DNA of 64,000 nt from Maridesulfovibrio sp. Lineage in GTDB: Bacteria > Desulfobacterota > Desulfovibrionia > Desulfovibrionales > Desulfovibrionaceae. The stretch's first letter is position 1. Each line of letters opens with the position of its first letter. The notes beneath the pieces were generated by a model that worked only from the letters and a program-made list of their open reading frames with translations, ran no database searches and was not told the origin of the DNA. The stretch is taken from NCBI GenBank assembly GCA_963676295.2, contig CAXXJR010000006.1; one strand, 5' to 3'. A program made the position numbers and the translations under genes. Shown in pieces: positions 39,807-49,758 of the stretch.

Positions 39807-40619
39807 TTAAAAAATCGAAAACCCATCATCTTCATTATCATCTTCGTCATCTTTTGTGACAATTTTTGTAGCGTACACTATCTGAGTATCACTAACATAA
39901 CGTGACAGCCAAACATATTTATCTTTACCTATTTTAGTAACACCATGCACTTCTTGATCAAGAAGTGCATCCCAATCGATCTTTAAAAAAGGCTCTTTCT
40001 CTAAATTCTGATTTCCACTCCAAATGCCGCCGCCGTCAGGTTGCATAATTACAAGCTTCTGAGGATCAGGACAAAAATTGAGCAAAACTCTTGGATCAAA
40101 GTGAACGACTACAAGCCCTTTAAATTCTGCATCTTTAAAAAATGGTTTGCAAAGATACATCTCAGGACCGAATTCTGAGTAATTAATAAAAGACTTCATT
40201 TTTATCTCAGACCAGTCCCCTTCATATTCAACTAATGGGCCGGGCTTAAACGGTTTTATGCTCTCTTGCGGCAATTTAACCAGAACATTAGCTTCCTCAT
40301 CTATAGTCAATACACCAGTAATCCAAGGGAAGCGCAAAAACAGAAGTTTAAACCAATCTTCATCAGGATGGGAATCTACATTGGAAAGAAATGAAGTCAA
40401 CGTCAGTATTTTTTCATCTACAGGAGTAAACAAAAGGGCTAACTCATTATCGTTAGCATTTTGGAGACCTGGAGATTTCAAATCAATTGTAGGATTAGGG
40501 TTTACGGAGTCTTGCGCATCATGCCAGACTTTACTGCCGTATTCACACCCTGTGGCAGATATAGCCATAACTAACAAAACAAAAAGTGCGACAAATCGCA
40601 CTGAATTATTAAATCTCAT
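39807..40619 (-). CDS. lipoprotein, function unknown
   Basis: It has a signal peptide with the lipobox SATGC and an acidic C-terminal tail. Confidence 0.6.
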   Translation of the reverse strand: MRFNNSVRFVALFVLLVMAISATGCEYGSKVWHDAQDSVNPNPTIDLKSPGLQNANDNELALLFTPVDEKILTLTSFLSNVDSHPDEDWFKLLFLRFPWITGVLTIDEEANVLVKLPQESIKPFKPGPLVEYEGDWSEIKMKSFINYSEFGPEMYLCKPFFKDAEFKGLVVVHFDPRVLLNFCPDPQKLVIMQPDGGGIWSGNQNLEKEPFLKIDWDALLDQEVHGVTKIGKDKYVWLSRYVSDTQIVYATKIVTKDDEDDNEDDGFSIF

Positions 40620-40706
40620 ATTTAACCCAAATGCCGGATAACTAAATCCAGTGGTACGTTTATAGAAGATTGATTTTGAATAATTTAAAAATAAACAGAA
40701 AGAGAA

Positions 40707-41579
40707 TTAACGAGCTGCTCTGGCTTCAAGGCGTTCAGCAAGCAGTTCAAGTGTGCTCATTAATTTACTTTTAGAATGTTTAACATATGGATCATCACAT
40801 TCATCACAATCATCACCTTTGCAATGATTTTGTTCTGTACCGATTCGCGAAGAAATATCAGCCATAATCTTAAGCAGTTCGTCTTTATGAGAAACATCCG
40901 CAGAGGCAAGCAGGTCACGATAGATGTCCAAAGCCCCGACAAGTTCTCCCTGTGAAGCTAATACATCAGCCATGGTTCTAGTCCGTAAACCATCCATAAC
41001 CGTAGGACTTGTCAGTATATCTTCATCGATTTCGCCGTCAGCATCAACTCCTGCTGAAGCAAGCTCAATCTCGCGAGATAAAATTTCACTATCAGGAAGA
41101 TCAGCACTTTTACTTGTCTCGGAACAGGAATTCATATCAACTTCAGACGCAGCTGTTCCAGCCGAGGAGGAACCGATGCCTGTTAACTTTCTAATTCCCT
41201 CAGACATGACATCAGACCATGAAAGCGGCGTGCCGTGGAGTGCAGAAAATAAAAAGGCCATTGCGCCGGCAACATCAGTATTGCCTTCAGAAACTGAATC
41301 TCCCCACATTTTCCAAAATGACGGATATGAAGAAAACAGTCTTGTGAGCGGAGCAACCGCAGCTTTTGCTTCAGAATCTCTATCGAGTTTAGTAAGAGTT
41401 TCTACAAGCAGCAAACGAGCTTCAAGGTAATCAGGATGCCGATCAAGGCCCATCCTGAGAGCTGTTACAGCTTTCTCAAGACTACCCATTTCAACATAAA
41501 GACGAGCTAAAGGGAAAAAAACTTTAGAGCTGGGTTCCAGTGCCAAAACTTCCTGATACCACTCAATTTTGCTTTGCAT
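40707..41579 (-). CDS. TPR-containing protein
   Basis: It has an N-terminal TPR (LARLYVEMGSLEKAV) and a C-terminal MADVLASQGELVGALDIYRDLL motif. Confidence 0.65.
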   Translation of the reverse strand: MQSKIEWYQEVLALEPSSKVFFPLARLYVEMGSLEKAVTALRMGLDRHPDYLEARLLLVETLTKLDRDSEAKAAVAPLTRLFSSYPSFWKMWGDSVSEGNTDVAGAMAFLFSALHGTPLSWSDVMSEGIRKLTGIGSSSAGTAASEVDMNSCSETSKSADLPDSEILSREIELASAGVDADGEIDEDILTSPTVMDGLRTRTMADVLASQGELVGALDIYRDLLASADVSHKDELLKIMADISSRIGTEQNHCKGDDCDECDDPYVKHSKSKLMSTLELLAERLEARAAR

Positions 41580-41889
41580 CTGTAGTTTCTCCCTGTGGCT
41601 TTAACTCCCCGCTTTCGGGGAAAATATATAACAATTCATTCTTTTTAACATAATTCATCCGGTTACGGATAATTTTCTCCTGATAAGCTTTATCAGATTT
41701 TAAGCGTCTGATTTCTCTGCTTAATTCAAGAGTACGATTGTCAGCATTTTCAATTTTTAATTCGAGTTCCTGTACTTTTTGATCAAGTTCGCGGTACCCG
41801 AAATAGCCCTGCTCGCTAAAACCGAGGCGTAAAATCAAAATAACATTTATAAAAACTAGAAGCCCTAGCAAAAATCTACGCCTCAGCAC
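41563..41889 (-). CDS. ftsB: septum formation initiator (FtsB/DivIC family)
   Basis: It has a single N-terminal TM segment followed by a coiled coil (QKVQELELKIENADNRTLEL), then KNELLYIFPE. Confidence 0.75.
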   Translation of the reverse strand: MLRRRFLLGLLVFINVILILRLGFSEQGYFGYRELDQKVQELELKIENADNRTLELSREIRRLKSDKAYQEKIIRNRMNYVKKNELLYIFPESGELKPQGETTDAKQN

Positions 41890-41898
41890 TATAAACTC

Positions 41899-42177
41899 CT
41901 ACTGTAGACGCATAAAAAGATTTTTAGACGAGTCTAGCTGACTAAGCGGATGCCTCAGTTCTTTCAAAAAACTTCCTGTTGCGGTTTCAATTCTCTGAAC
42001 ATCATCTTCATTAAGTTGAACCTTCTCAACTTTTTGCATAAAATCCTTCAAAACATCAAGTTCTTCAAGGAAATTGCGGTTAAGATCGAGCTTTTCCAAT
42101 TCATGCTCAAGTTCAAGAATTGTCTCAAGACAGTTGTTCAGCCTGATTATAAGATTATTTCTTTCAGTATGGTTCAT
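41899..42177 (-). CDS. hypothetical coiled-coil protein
   Basis: A 92-aa ORF in operon context. No family recognised. Confidence 0.5.
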   Translation of the reverse strand: MNHTERNNLIIRLNNCLETILELEHELEKLDLNRNFLEELDVLKDFMQKVEKVQLNEDDVQRIETATGSFLKELRHPLSQLDSSKNLFMRLQ

Positions 42178-42217
42178 GCTGCACCTAGCTGAGTATTATT
42201 TATTTGCTTTCAAAAAA

Positions 42218-42763
42218 TTATTCGCTAGTTAACCAAATTTTATACAAATTGTACATATAATTACCACCGGAAAAGACGGTCAGAGCTAATGCAACATATA
42301 AAATCCATGTTCCGAGATCGTGCATATCCACTCCGAAATAAGAATAATGCAACAAAAGTGGCCCTAAAGCCAGACTTTGCGCCATAGTTTTCATCTTACC
42401 GAATTTATCAGCGGCAAGCACCATCCCCATGTCCATAGCAATAGCTCTCAGCCCGGTTATGATAAGTTCACGGCAAATAATGACAACACTTATCCAGCCG
42501 GCTACGTAGCCAAGCTGTGTGAGCATTATTAAAATAGAACTGATCAAAAGCTTATCCGCTAATGGATCTAAAAATTTACCAAGTGATGTTACCTGATTTT
42601 GTCTACGTGCGATTATGCCGTCAAAAATATCAGTCAGCGATGCTATAAAAAACATCAAAGCTGCAAGAAACATCGTTACCTGATTAGGGAAGTAAAGAAG
42701 TACCACTATAACTGGTACAGTAAAAATACGTCCAAGAGTCAGGGAATTAGCAAGATTGAACAT
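42218..42763 (-). CDS. pgsA: CDP-diacylglycerol-glycerol-3-phosphate 3-phosphatidyltransferase
   Basis: It has the CDP-alcohol phosphatidyltransferase motif DIFDGIIARR...GKFLDPLADK. Confidence 0.92.
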   Translation of the reverse strand: MFNLANSLTLGRIFTVPVIVVLLYFPNQVTMFLAALMFFIASLTDIFDGIIARRQNQVTSLGKFLDPLADKLLISSILIMLTQLGYVAGWISVVIICRELIITGLRAIAMDMGMVLAADKFGKMKTMAQSLALGPLLLHYSYFGVDMHDLGTWILYVALALTVFSGGNYMYNLYKIWLTSE

Positions 42764-42921
42764 GGCGTGTCCCGGTTCTAAAATTCATTTAATCAGAGTA
42801 TTTTTTTAGAGCTACTCTGAATGTTGGACAGATTTTAAAGTTGCCGGGGAGATTATCAATCTCCCCGCAACCTAAATCGATACTTATCACTCAAAACAAA
42901 ACTAAAATCTTCAATCTGATC

Positions 42922-43812
42922 CTAAATATGAGTGCTGGAAGCAATTTCCAAACTGCTTTCTGCAGCTTCTGCTATTTTATCCGCAACATCTTTGAATGCT
43001 GTTTTAGCAGGGGAATCTTCCTCAAGCAGAACAACCGGCTTACCAAGATCAGCAGCAACAACGGCTGTAGGATCTAAAGGAATTGCACCTAAAAACGGCA
43101 ATCCGTATTTTTCAGCAAGCTGTTCGCCGCCACCCTTTTTAAACAGATCTATATGCTCTTTGCAATGAGGACAGATAAGACCGCTCATATTTTCTACAAC
43201 ACCCATGATGTTAGCCTTGGCGTACTGAAGAAAATTAATGGCCTTACGGACATCCGCAAGAGATATTTCCTGTGGAGTTGTTACAACAACAGCTAAAGAC
43301 TCAGGAATAGTCTTAAGAACTGTCATTGGCTCGTCACCTGTTCCCGGAGGGGAATCAACGACCAGAAAATCTAAGTCGCCCCACTGAACGTCAGAAATAA
43401 ACTGTCTGATAGCTGAAGTTTTCATTGGTCCGCGCCAAAGGACAGCCTGATCAGGATCCTTAAGCAATGATTCCATGGAAACAACATGAAGATTTTCATT
43501 CACCTTCTTAGGAACAACCAGATTTCCACGTTCTACTTCCAGCTGTCCGGTAATTCCAAGTAAATGAGGAACGCTTGGACCGTGAATATCAACATCCAAG
43601 ATACCGACTTTAAAGCCTTTGTCTGCAAGAGCAGCAGCAATATTGACTGCCACAGAACTTTTACCGACTCCGCCTTTACCGCTCATAACAAAAATTTTGT
43701 ATTTAATTCTCTTCAGGGTAGAAGAAATTAACTCATTCTGAAGAGCATGGGCGGCGCTTGTTTTATCGCCGTCTTTCTGTCCTGATGAACAGGACCCACA
43801 TGATGAACTCAT
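42922..43812 (-). CDS. apbC: Mrp/NBP35 family Fe-S cluster carrier ATPase
   Basis: It has SGKGGVGKS (deviant Walker A), a CPHC motif and VENMS. Confidence 0.9.
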   Translation of the reverse strand: MSSSCGSCSSGQKDGDKTSAAHALQNELISSTLKRIKYKIFVMSGKGGVGKSSVAVNIAAALADKGFKVGILDVDIHGPSVPHLLGITGQLEVERGNLVVPKKVNENLHVVSMESLLKDPDQAVLWRGPMKTSAIRQFISDVQWGDLDFLVVDSPPGTGDEPMTVLKTIPESLAVVVTTPQEISLADVRKAINFLQYAKANIMGVVENMSGLICPHCKEHIDLFKKGGGEQLAEKYGLPFLGAIPLDPTAVVAADLGKPVVLLEEDSPAKTAFKDVADKIAEAAESSLEIASSTHI

Positions 43813-43863
43813 TTTTCTGCCTTTGTTGTATATTAAACTAAGGGAGGATTTCTCCCAACAAAA

Positions 43864-44823
43864 TCAGCCCCTTTGGGCTGAAGATATCCATTCTAGAATT
43901 AAAACTACTGCAAACCCCGTGAGCATTAATCCGACAGCCATTGCAAACTCCCCGTTATACGAGGGAGGAAGAATATTGGCTTCACTCAAAACATGGGTTT
44001 TTCCGCGGATTACCACAGACTCCAGTACATCTTTCCAAGGCCAAACTTTTCTCATGGCTCCAGCCATAAACCCGGTAAGAATGCTGATTGTAACACCATG
44101 ATGCTTTTCGAGAAAATAATGAAGCGCGCGTGAAAAAAGAGAAATCCCAAACGCACATCCACATACAAAAGCAATCAATATAGCTGTATTCTCAGGTAAA
44201 GCCGGATTACGCAATGCTCCCGTTACGTACTCATATTTACCGAGTAAGAGCAGAATAAACGCTCCGCTTATCCCCGGTAGAATCATGGCACAAATCGAGA
44301 TCGAAGCACACAGAAAAACAAACCACAAAGTATCAGGAGTCGTAACAGGAATCAATCCAACTAAAATAAAGCTGAAAATCGCTCCGAGTATACCGCAGAA
44401 AATATTTTTTAGTGAAAAATTACCGATTTTTCGACCTACCACTAAAATAGATGAAGCAATAAGTCCGAAAAAGAGTGACCAGACTTGTACAGGATGATTT
44501 GCAAGAAGAGAATGGATTATATTGGCAACTGAAACCATCGCCAGAATGATACCGAAAAGGAGCGGAATCAGAAATTTTAAATGAGGTTCCGCCACTGCGC
44601 CCATTAAATCAAATGTTACTAATCTTTTTATAAAAGTTCCGTTAAAGGAACGTATTGAATCTATTAGATCATCGTAAATGCCGGTAATGAAGGCCATTGT
44701 TCCGCCGGACACTCCCGGAATTATATCGGCAACGCCCATACAAACTCCTTTGAGTATCAAAATCAGATACTCGCGGATGGAGCTTGGTCCCGGGCCGTTG
44801 TTCCATGCTTGAATTAAATTCAT
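43864..44823 (-). CDS. DUF368 membrane protein (PopT-type undecaprenyl-phosphate translocase family)
   Basis: It has the repeated IPGVSGGT and LPGISGA motifs and is polytopic. Confidence 0.8.
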   Translation of the reverse strand: MNLIQAWNNGPGPSSIREYLILILKGVCMGVADIIPGVSGGTMAFITGIYDDLIDSIRSFNGTFIKRLVTFDLMGAVAEPHLKFLIPLLFGIILAMVSVANIIHSLLANHPVQVWSLFFGLIASSILVVGRKIGNFSLKNIFCGILGAIFSFILVGLIPVTTPDTLWFVFLCASISICAMILPGISGAFILLLLGKYEYVTGALRNPALPENTAILIAFVCGCAFGISLFSRALHYFLEKHHGVTISILTGFMAGAMRKVWPWKDVLESVVIRGKTHVLSEANILPPSYNGEFAMAVGLMLTGFAVVLILEWISSAQRG

Positions 44824-44845
44824 TTAATCTCCGGCAAACCCGCTA

Positions 44846-45490
44846 TTACCAACCTTGTTTCCCAACAAGATCAACAAACGCACATCCACCCATATCTTTT
44901 TCTGTAATCTTACCGTCTTCCTTAGTGACCAGAATCAGCTGCTGCCGTCTTTTTTCCGTCCCTACAGGTATAATCATTCTTCCATGGTCGGCAAGCTGAT
45001 CTATCAAATACTGAGGTATTTCCGGTCCGCCGGCTGTAACTATAATCCGATCAAAAGGAGCCTCATCCGGCCAGCCCATTGTTCCATCATCAAGCTTGAG
45101 TCTAATATTAAAATATCTCATTTCAAACAGAAGAGTTCGCGCGGCGATAAACAGTTTGCGTATCCTTTCCACAGAATAAACATCTGCGCCCATTTCGCCT
45201 AGCACTGCAGCTTGATACCCAGATCCTGTGCCAATTTCCAGAACTTTATGACCGGGCTTAATCTGCAATAATTCCGACATGAAAGCGACTATATACGGCT
45301 GAGAAATAGTCTGCCCCTCTCCGATAGGAAGCGCACTGTCGGCGTAAGCTCTATCAGCAAGAGCTCCCTGAACAAAAAGATGCCTTGGAATTTTCCGCAT
45401 AGCTGAAAGAACATTTTGATCAACCACGCCTCTGGCCACAATCTGCTCTTCTACCATCTTAGCTCTGCTGAACTTTGGATCAATCCTCAC
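44846..45490 (-). CDS. pcm: protein-L-isoaspartate O-methyltransferase
   Basis: The translation has QTISQPY and [14 protein letters not shown]. Confidence 0.93.
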   Translation of the reverse strand: MRIDPKFSRAKMVEEQIVARGVVDQNVLSAMRKIPRHLFVQGALADRAYADSALPIGEGQTISQPYIVAFMSELLQIKPGHKVLEIGTGSGYQAAVLGEMGADVYSVERIRKLFIAARTLLFEMRYFNIRLKLDDGTMGWPDEAPFDRIIVTAGGPEIPQYLIDQLADHGRMIIPVGTEKRRQQLILVTKEDGKITEKDMGGCAFVDLVGKQGW

Positions 45491-45821
45491 TCTTTCTCCT
45501 GATGAGGTTCTGCCTCAAAAACAAACTACATAAACCGAAAGAGACTCTATTCTCTTAAGCATGTGTGTCTGCAAATTCTATGTTAGGCCCCAGACTTGAG
45601 GTATTTAAACAATATTATAAAGTAACTGTCAGGAACTTAAAGATATCTAACAGCGATCCAATGAAATTTTTAAGTATATCGTTTGCAGTTGCAAATCAGA
45701 TTTTACCGGGCAAGTCAACCTGAATACAGCTTCAAGCTGATTAAACTTCATTTTTATGTATCCATCACTTGACACAAAAGCGTCATAAAGAGAGATTATA
45801 AGTAAGTCAAAGGAGGACCGT

Positions 45822-46256
45822 ATGCTTACAGTTAAAGACCTTATGACAACCAATCTGTTTACTCTTAATGAGACTGACACCTTAAGAATGGCCCGTTCCT
45901 TGATGGATCTGCAAAGAATCAGACATATTCCTATTGTAAATGAAAATCGAGTTTTTATCGGTTTGCTTACTCACAGAGACATACTCGGCGCAACAATTTC
46001 CCAATTAGCTGGAATCGATCCTGTTACACAGGGTGAAATAGATTCAGGTATTCCGGTTGGTGAAATCATGAGAACAGGCATTAAGACCGTTACCGATAAA
46101 ACATTGCTGAAAGAAGCCGCACAGTTATTACTTCAGCACAAGTACGGATGCCTACCGGTAGTAAATGAAACAAATGAACTGACAGGTATTCTAACAGAAG
46201 CGGACTTCCTGAAGCTGACCATAAGCCTTATGGAGGCTTTGGAACAGACTGAATAA
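45822..46256 (+). CDS. CBS-pair domain protein
   Basis: It has two CBS motifs (VKDLMTTNL...HIPIV and VGEIM...GCLPVV). Confidence 0.85.
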   Translation: MLTVKDLMTTNLFTLNETDTLRMARSLMDLQRIRHIPIVNENRVFIGLLTHRDILGATISQLAGIDPVTQGEIDSGIPVGEIMRTGIKTVTDKTLLKEAAQLLLQHKYGCLPVVNETNELTGILTEADFLKLTISLMEALEQTE

Positions 46257-46260
46257 CAAT

Positions 46261-46295
46261 AAAAAAAAGGGTTCCGGAACAGCAAAACCGGAACC
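46261..46295 (-). terminator. terminator of the hydrogenase operon
   Basis: On the minus strand, GGTTCCGG-loop-CCGGAACC is followed by T8. Confidence 0.8.
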
Positions 46296-46312
46296 ACCTT
46301 AATAAAATTCGT

Positions 46313-46786
46313 TCAGCTATTAAATTCTTCTAGGAATCTGTTTACTTCTTTCCTTGCAACTTCCAAAAAATGCGGAAAAGATTTTTTAATTTCAGGGGTC
46401 ATTTCCAGACTCCAATCAGTATAGCTTTTAGGTTCCATACCTATCACACGCATTCTAGGCCGTTTACCGACCATCTCTGCCATGTGCAGTGAATCAATAA
46501 GATCAATATCATGCAAAGATAAACGCTGATCATCATTTTGAATGAGATCCTCTTCTTCAAAAGTCATAACTGTTCCGGGTGCTTTATCTGCGTGGACAAT
46601 ATCCAGCACCAGAAGTCCGTCATACCCTTCCAGCACATGAAAAAGATCCTGCGTAAATGTTCCGCCATCTACCATGTGAACATTTTCCGGCCATTCTTCT
46701 TTGCGTAACTCTTCAATGGCATGAACTCCTACCCCTTCATCCATAAGAAGAATATTTCCAACGCCCAAAACAAGCAGCTTTTTCAT
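46313..46786 (-). CDS. hydrogenase maturation endopeptidase (HyaD/HynC family)
   Basis: The translation has LVLGVGNILLMDEGVG and DGGT, with H in LSLHD. It lies downstream of the large subunit. The start is taken at MKKLLV. Confidence 0.88.
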   Translation of the reverse strand: MKKLLVLGVGNILLMDEGVGVHAIEELRKEEWPENVHMVDGGTFTQDLFHVLEGYDGLLVLDIVHADKAPGTVMTFEEEDLIQNDDQRLSLHDIDLIDSLHMAEMVGKRPRMRVIGMEPKSYTDWSLEMTPEIKKSFPHFLEVARKEVNRFLEEFNS

Positions 46787-46969
46787 ATTTAATCCTTTGA
46801 ATCGATTCAATGAAACCGTGTTCAATATATCTTAAACTAAAAACAAACAGCATTGAAAACTCCCGGACACGGGATAATTCCTGCGCCCGGGAGCCGGGTT
46901 TAATCCAAAAACCATTTCTCACTAAAGGAATTAAGGATTATATCCTGACTTATGGCTATACCAGCAAGC

Positions 46970-48502
46970 CTAGCATCCTTCCTGAATGTGATGAACAGTT
47001 GTCTTACCAGTCTCTGCGTGCAGCACGTGCACGGCACAGCCAAGTCATGGATCAAAGGATCGAATGATCCTTGATATATCTACAGGGCTTCCGGTATCCG
47101 GAACAGGACATCCTATGAGAGCCTGTTCTACCGGTCCGCGCTGCCCCATGTCATCACGGGGGTTAGTGTTCCAGAGAGTAGCCGGCATAAGCTGGTAATT
47201 AGCTACTACTGAATCCTGAATATTTATGTAATGCAGCAATGAGCCACGCGGAGCTTCGGTAAATCCGATACCTTCAGCCTTTGCAGGAATCGTGGACTCA
47301 ACGTAGGTTTCCTCGCCGGATTTAACTTCCTTAAGCCAGAAATCGCTAATTGCATTAGCAACCATAAATGCTTCTTCCGCACGGGCAACATGACGACCCA
47401 TGAGAGAAAACGCCATATCTTCACCGATATCACGGAATTTCACCGCTTTGATACCGTAAAGATCTTTAAGCTGCTTTTTGCCGATTTCACTGAGTTCAGG
47501 ATTATGTATCCACATACGGGCAAGCGGACCGACTTCAACAGGCTTCTTGTTGTAACGGGAAGCTTTGACGAAGCTGTATGCACCTTCTTTATGAAGATCA
47601 GGAATAGTTTTACCTTCGCTAGGATGAAGATCCGAACAGGAATCTTTAAACCATGAGTATTTTACATACTCTTTAATAAGGTCAGGATTAAACTTCTCGT
47701 CCTTACCATCAATATAAACACCGGACTTAATGAGCTGCTCTGACTCATCATCATTCATCGGGAATACGCCGTATGACATGCAGTTCTTGTATCCGCCACC
47801 GATCTTAAACAGATCTTTATAAACAGATCCGATAAGATAAACAGTAGGAAGATATGTTTCAGCAACAAACTTCTGAACATCCTTGAAGCGGCTGGCATAT
47901 TCTGCGAGTTTTTCCTGAGTAGGAATTTCAGTAGTTCCGCCGACAACCTGACCTGAGATATGAGGCATTTTACCACCGAAAAGAGCTACCATTTCATGGC
48001 AGATACGGCGGATTTCAAGGGCCTTGATATACTGGTCTACTGCAACAGCATTTGTTTTTTCATCCAGACGAAGATCCGGATGATCAAAACGGGGAACAAA
48101 AGGAGCTTTACCCGGACCTCTGACGAAGTCCAAAGCTGCCAGATGATAGAAGTGAAGAAGATGGGACTGCAGATAGTTAGCACCAAAAATGAGGTTACGG
48201 GTAACTCTACCGTTTGTGGTAAGCTTTACGCCGAAAGCGTCATCAAGAGCACGACAGGCAGCAGTTGAATGAGCCGTAGGACATACACCGCAAAGTCTCT
48301 GAGTCAGCTGAGCGGCATCACGAGGATCGCGACCGACCAGAATATTCTCAAATCCGCGATACATACCGCCTGTGAGCCAAGCGTCTACAACTTTTCCGTC
48401 TTTAACAACGACTTCAGCTTTAAGGTGACCTTCAATCCGGCTGACCGGATCAATGGCAATTTTGATTTTCCCGTCTTTAGCGGGTATTTTTGATGTCGAC
48501 AT
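46970..48502 (-). CDS. hysA: periplasmic [NiFeSe] hydrogenase large subunit, with selenocysteine at TGA 47045-47047
   Basis: It has the N-terminal RLCGVCPTAH motif. The track ORF stops at ...RSFDP-TGA. The same frame then continues LGCAVH VLHAETGKTTVHHIQEGC to a TAG at 46970-46972, which gives the DP-U-LG-C-AV-H nickel-site motif. Confidence 0.88.
47014..47047 (-). promoter_or_regulatory. UGA recoding site with candidate bacterial SECIS hairpin
   Basis: On the mRNA, the hairpin CGUGCA-cgugc-UGCACG (47017-47033) starts 11 nt after the UGA. A bulged 2-bp extension is possible. Confidence 0.65.
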
Positions 48503-48526
48503 TAGGAAAGATACTCCTATTACCGA

Positions 48527-49471
48527 TTAACCGGCTTCGTAGAAGGGAGACATTTCATCCGGGAAACCCGGTTCCACACAACCAAGACATACAGCGTTCT
48601 CTACACACCAGTTAACGCCGCCGTTCCATTTGCGTTTATAGCAATCAGAATTAGCACTCGGGCCTTTACAGCCCAGCTCGTAACGACAGTTTTCTTTGTC
48701 AGTAAAAACTTCTGCGTATGAATCGTCATCAAATTTTGGAAGATAAGGACAATTATCGTGAATATTTTGACCGAAGAAAGGTGTGGGACGTCCATCTGCG
48801 TCCAGAATCTTAACAACTTCGCCAAGTCCGGCTTCCAGCCCCTTCTCTTCAATCGCGTTGATAGCGAAAACAAGAGTTCCAATCATCCAGTCAGGATGTG
48901 GAGGACAACCGGGAACATTAACTACCGGAGTTTTAATTCCATTATCCGCGAGGACTTTGGGAACTGAAGTCGCTTCGGTAACATTACCCGCAGCAGCAGG
49001 AATACCGCCGAATGCGGAACAAGTTCCGACATTTACAACAACAGCTGCATTTTTGGCCATCTCAAGAGTAGTTTCCAGCATGGTCTGCTCTTTGTGGTCG
49101 ACTTCACCGAGAACACAGTAGTGACCGTTTTCGGCCACAGGAACTGCTCCCTCGATAATTAAAATGTATTTACCCTTCTGCTCTTTAGCGACATCTGTCA
49201 TGTGCCCCCAAGCCATTTCACCTTCCGAACCCATTATAGTCGGGTGAAAATCAAGTGTAATTACATCCAGTAAAACCTTCGCAATGGAAGGATGTACAGA
49301 ATTGAGAAGTGAAACCGAACATCCGGTACAGCCCTGTCCCTGTATCCAGAATACATGCGGCACAAACTTCTCAAGTGCGTGCACAATACTCGGGTTGAAC
49401 ATTTGGGAAACCCCAAAGCCAGCCACTGTCCCTGTGCACAATTTCACAAAATCTCGCCTGGTCAAACTCAT
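48527..49471 (-). CDS. hysB: hydrogenase small subunit with Tat signal
   Basis: It has a twin-arginine signal (SLTRRDFVKL), CTGCS, and proximal and distal Fe-S Cys clusters. AAGGAGG lies upstream. Confidence 0.93.
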   Translation of the reverse strand: MSLTRRDFVKLCTGTVAGFGVSQMFNPSIVHALEKFVPHVFWIQGQGCTGCSVSLLNSVHPSIAKVLLDVITLDFHPTIMGSEGEMAWGHMTDVAKEQKGKYILIIEGAVPVAENGHYCVLGEVDHKEQTMLETTLEMAKNAAVVVNVGTCSAFGGIPAAAGNVTEATSVPKVLADNGIKTPVVNVPGCPPHPDWMIGTLVFAINAIEEKGLEAGLGEVVKILDADGRPTPFFGQNIHDNCPYLPKFDDDSYAEVFTDKENCRYELGCKGPSANSDCYKRKWNGGVNWCVENAVCLGCVEPGFPDEMSPFYEAG

Positions 49472-49523
49472 CCCTACCTCCTTGATAGTTGCCGGCGCTA
49501 GTAAGGCGCTGTCCTTACTTACT

Positions 49524-49554
49524 AAAAAATACAGCCACGCTGGCTGTATTTTTT
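49524..49554 (-). promoter_or_regulatory. terminator-like hairpin in the hydrogenase leader
   Basis: On the minus strand, AAAAAATACAGCCA-gcg-TGGCTGTATTTTTT lies about 50 nt upstream of the hysB ATG. A second hairpin, AGTAAGG-6 nt-CCTTACT, is at 49500-49519. Confidence 0.5.
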
Positions 49555-49758
49555 AAAGTCACATACACAGTCCAAACTTTTCCGTCAACAATTACCAATA
49601 TAAAACAGGCTAAACCATCAGAAATATCTATAACATCGATAGATTTACTAAAACATACCAATGTTGCACATTGAACAATCCACCTATTTCCTGTTAAGGA
49701 ACCAGTGGTAAACAGGTTTATATTTTTTTGGCTTAATTAACGAACTAAAGGATATGTA

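Noticed and set aside
40924-41430. 168-aa plus-strand ORF antisense to the TPR protein gene
   Set aside because: It is a Ser-rich, low-complexity shadow of the opposite-strand CDS, with no RBS.
46810-47067. 85-aa plus-strand ORF between the protease and the hydrogenase large subunit
   Set aside because: It overlaps the read-through tail of hysA (46970-47044) on the other strand. The Sec extension explains it.
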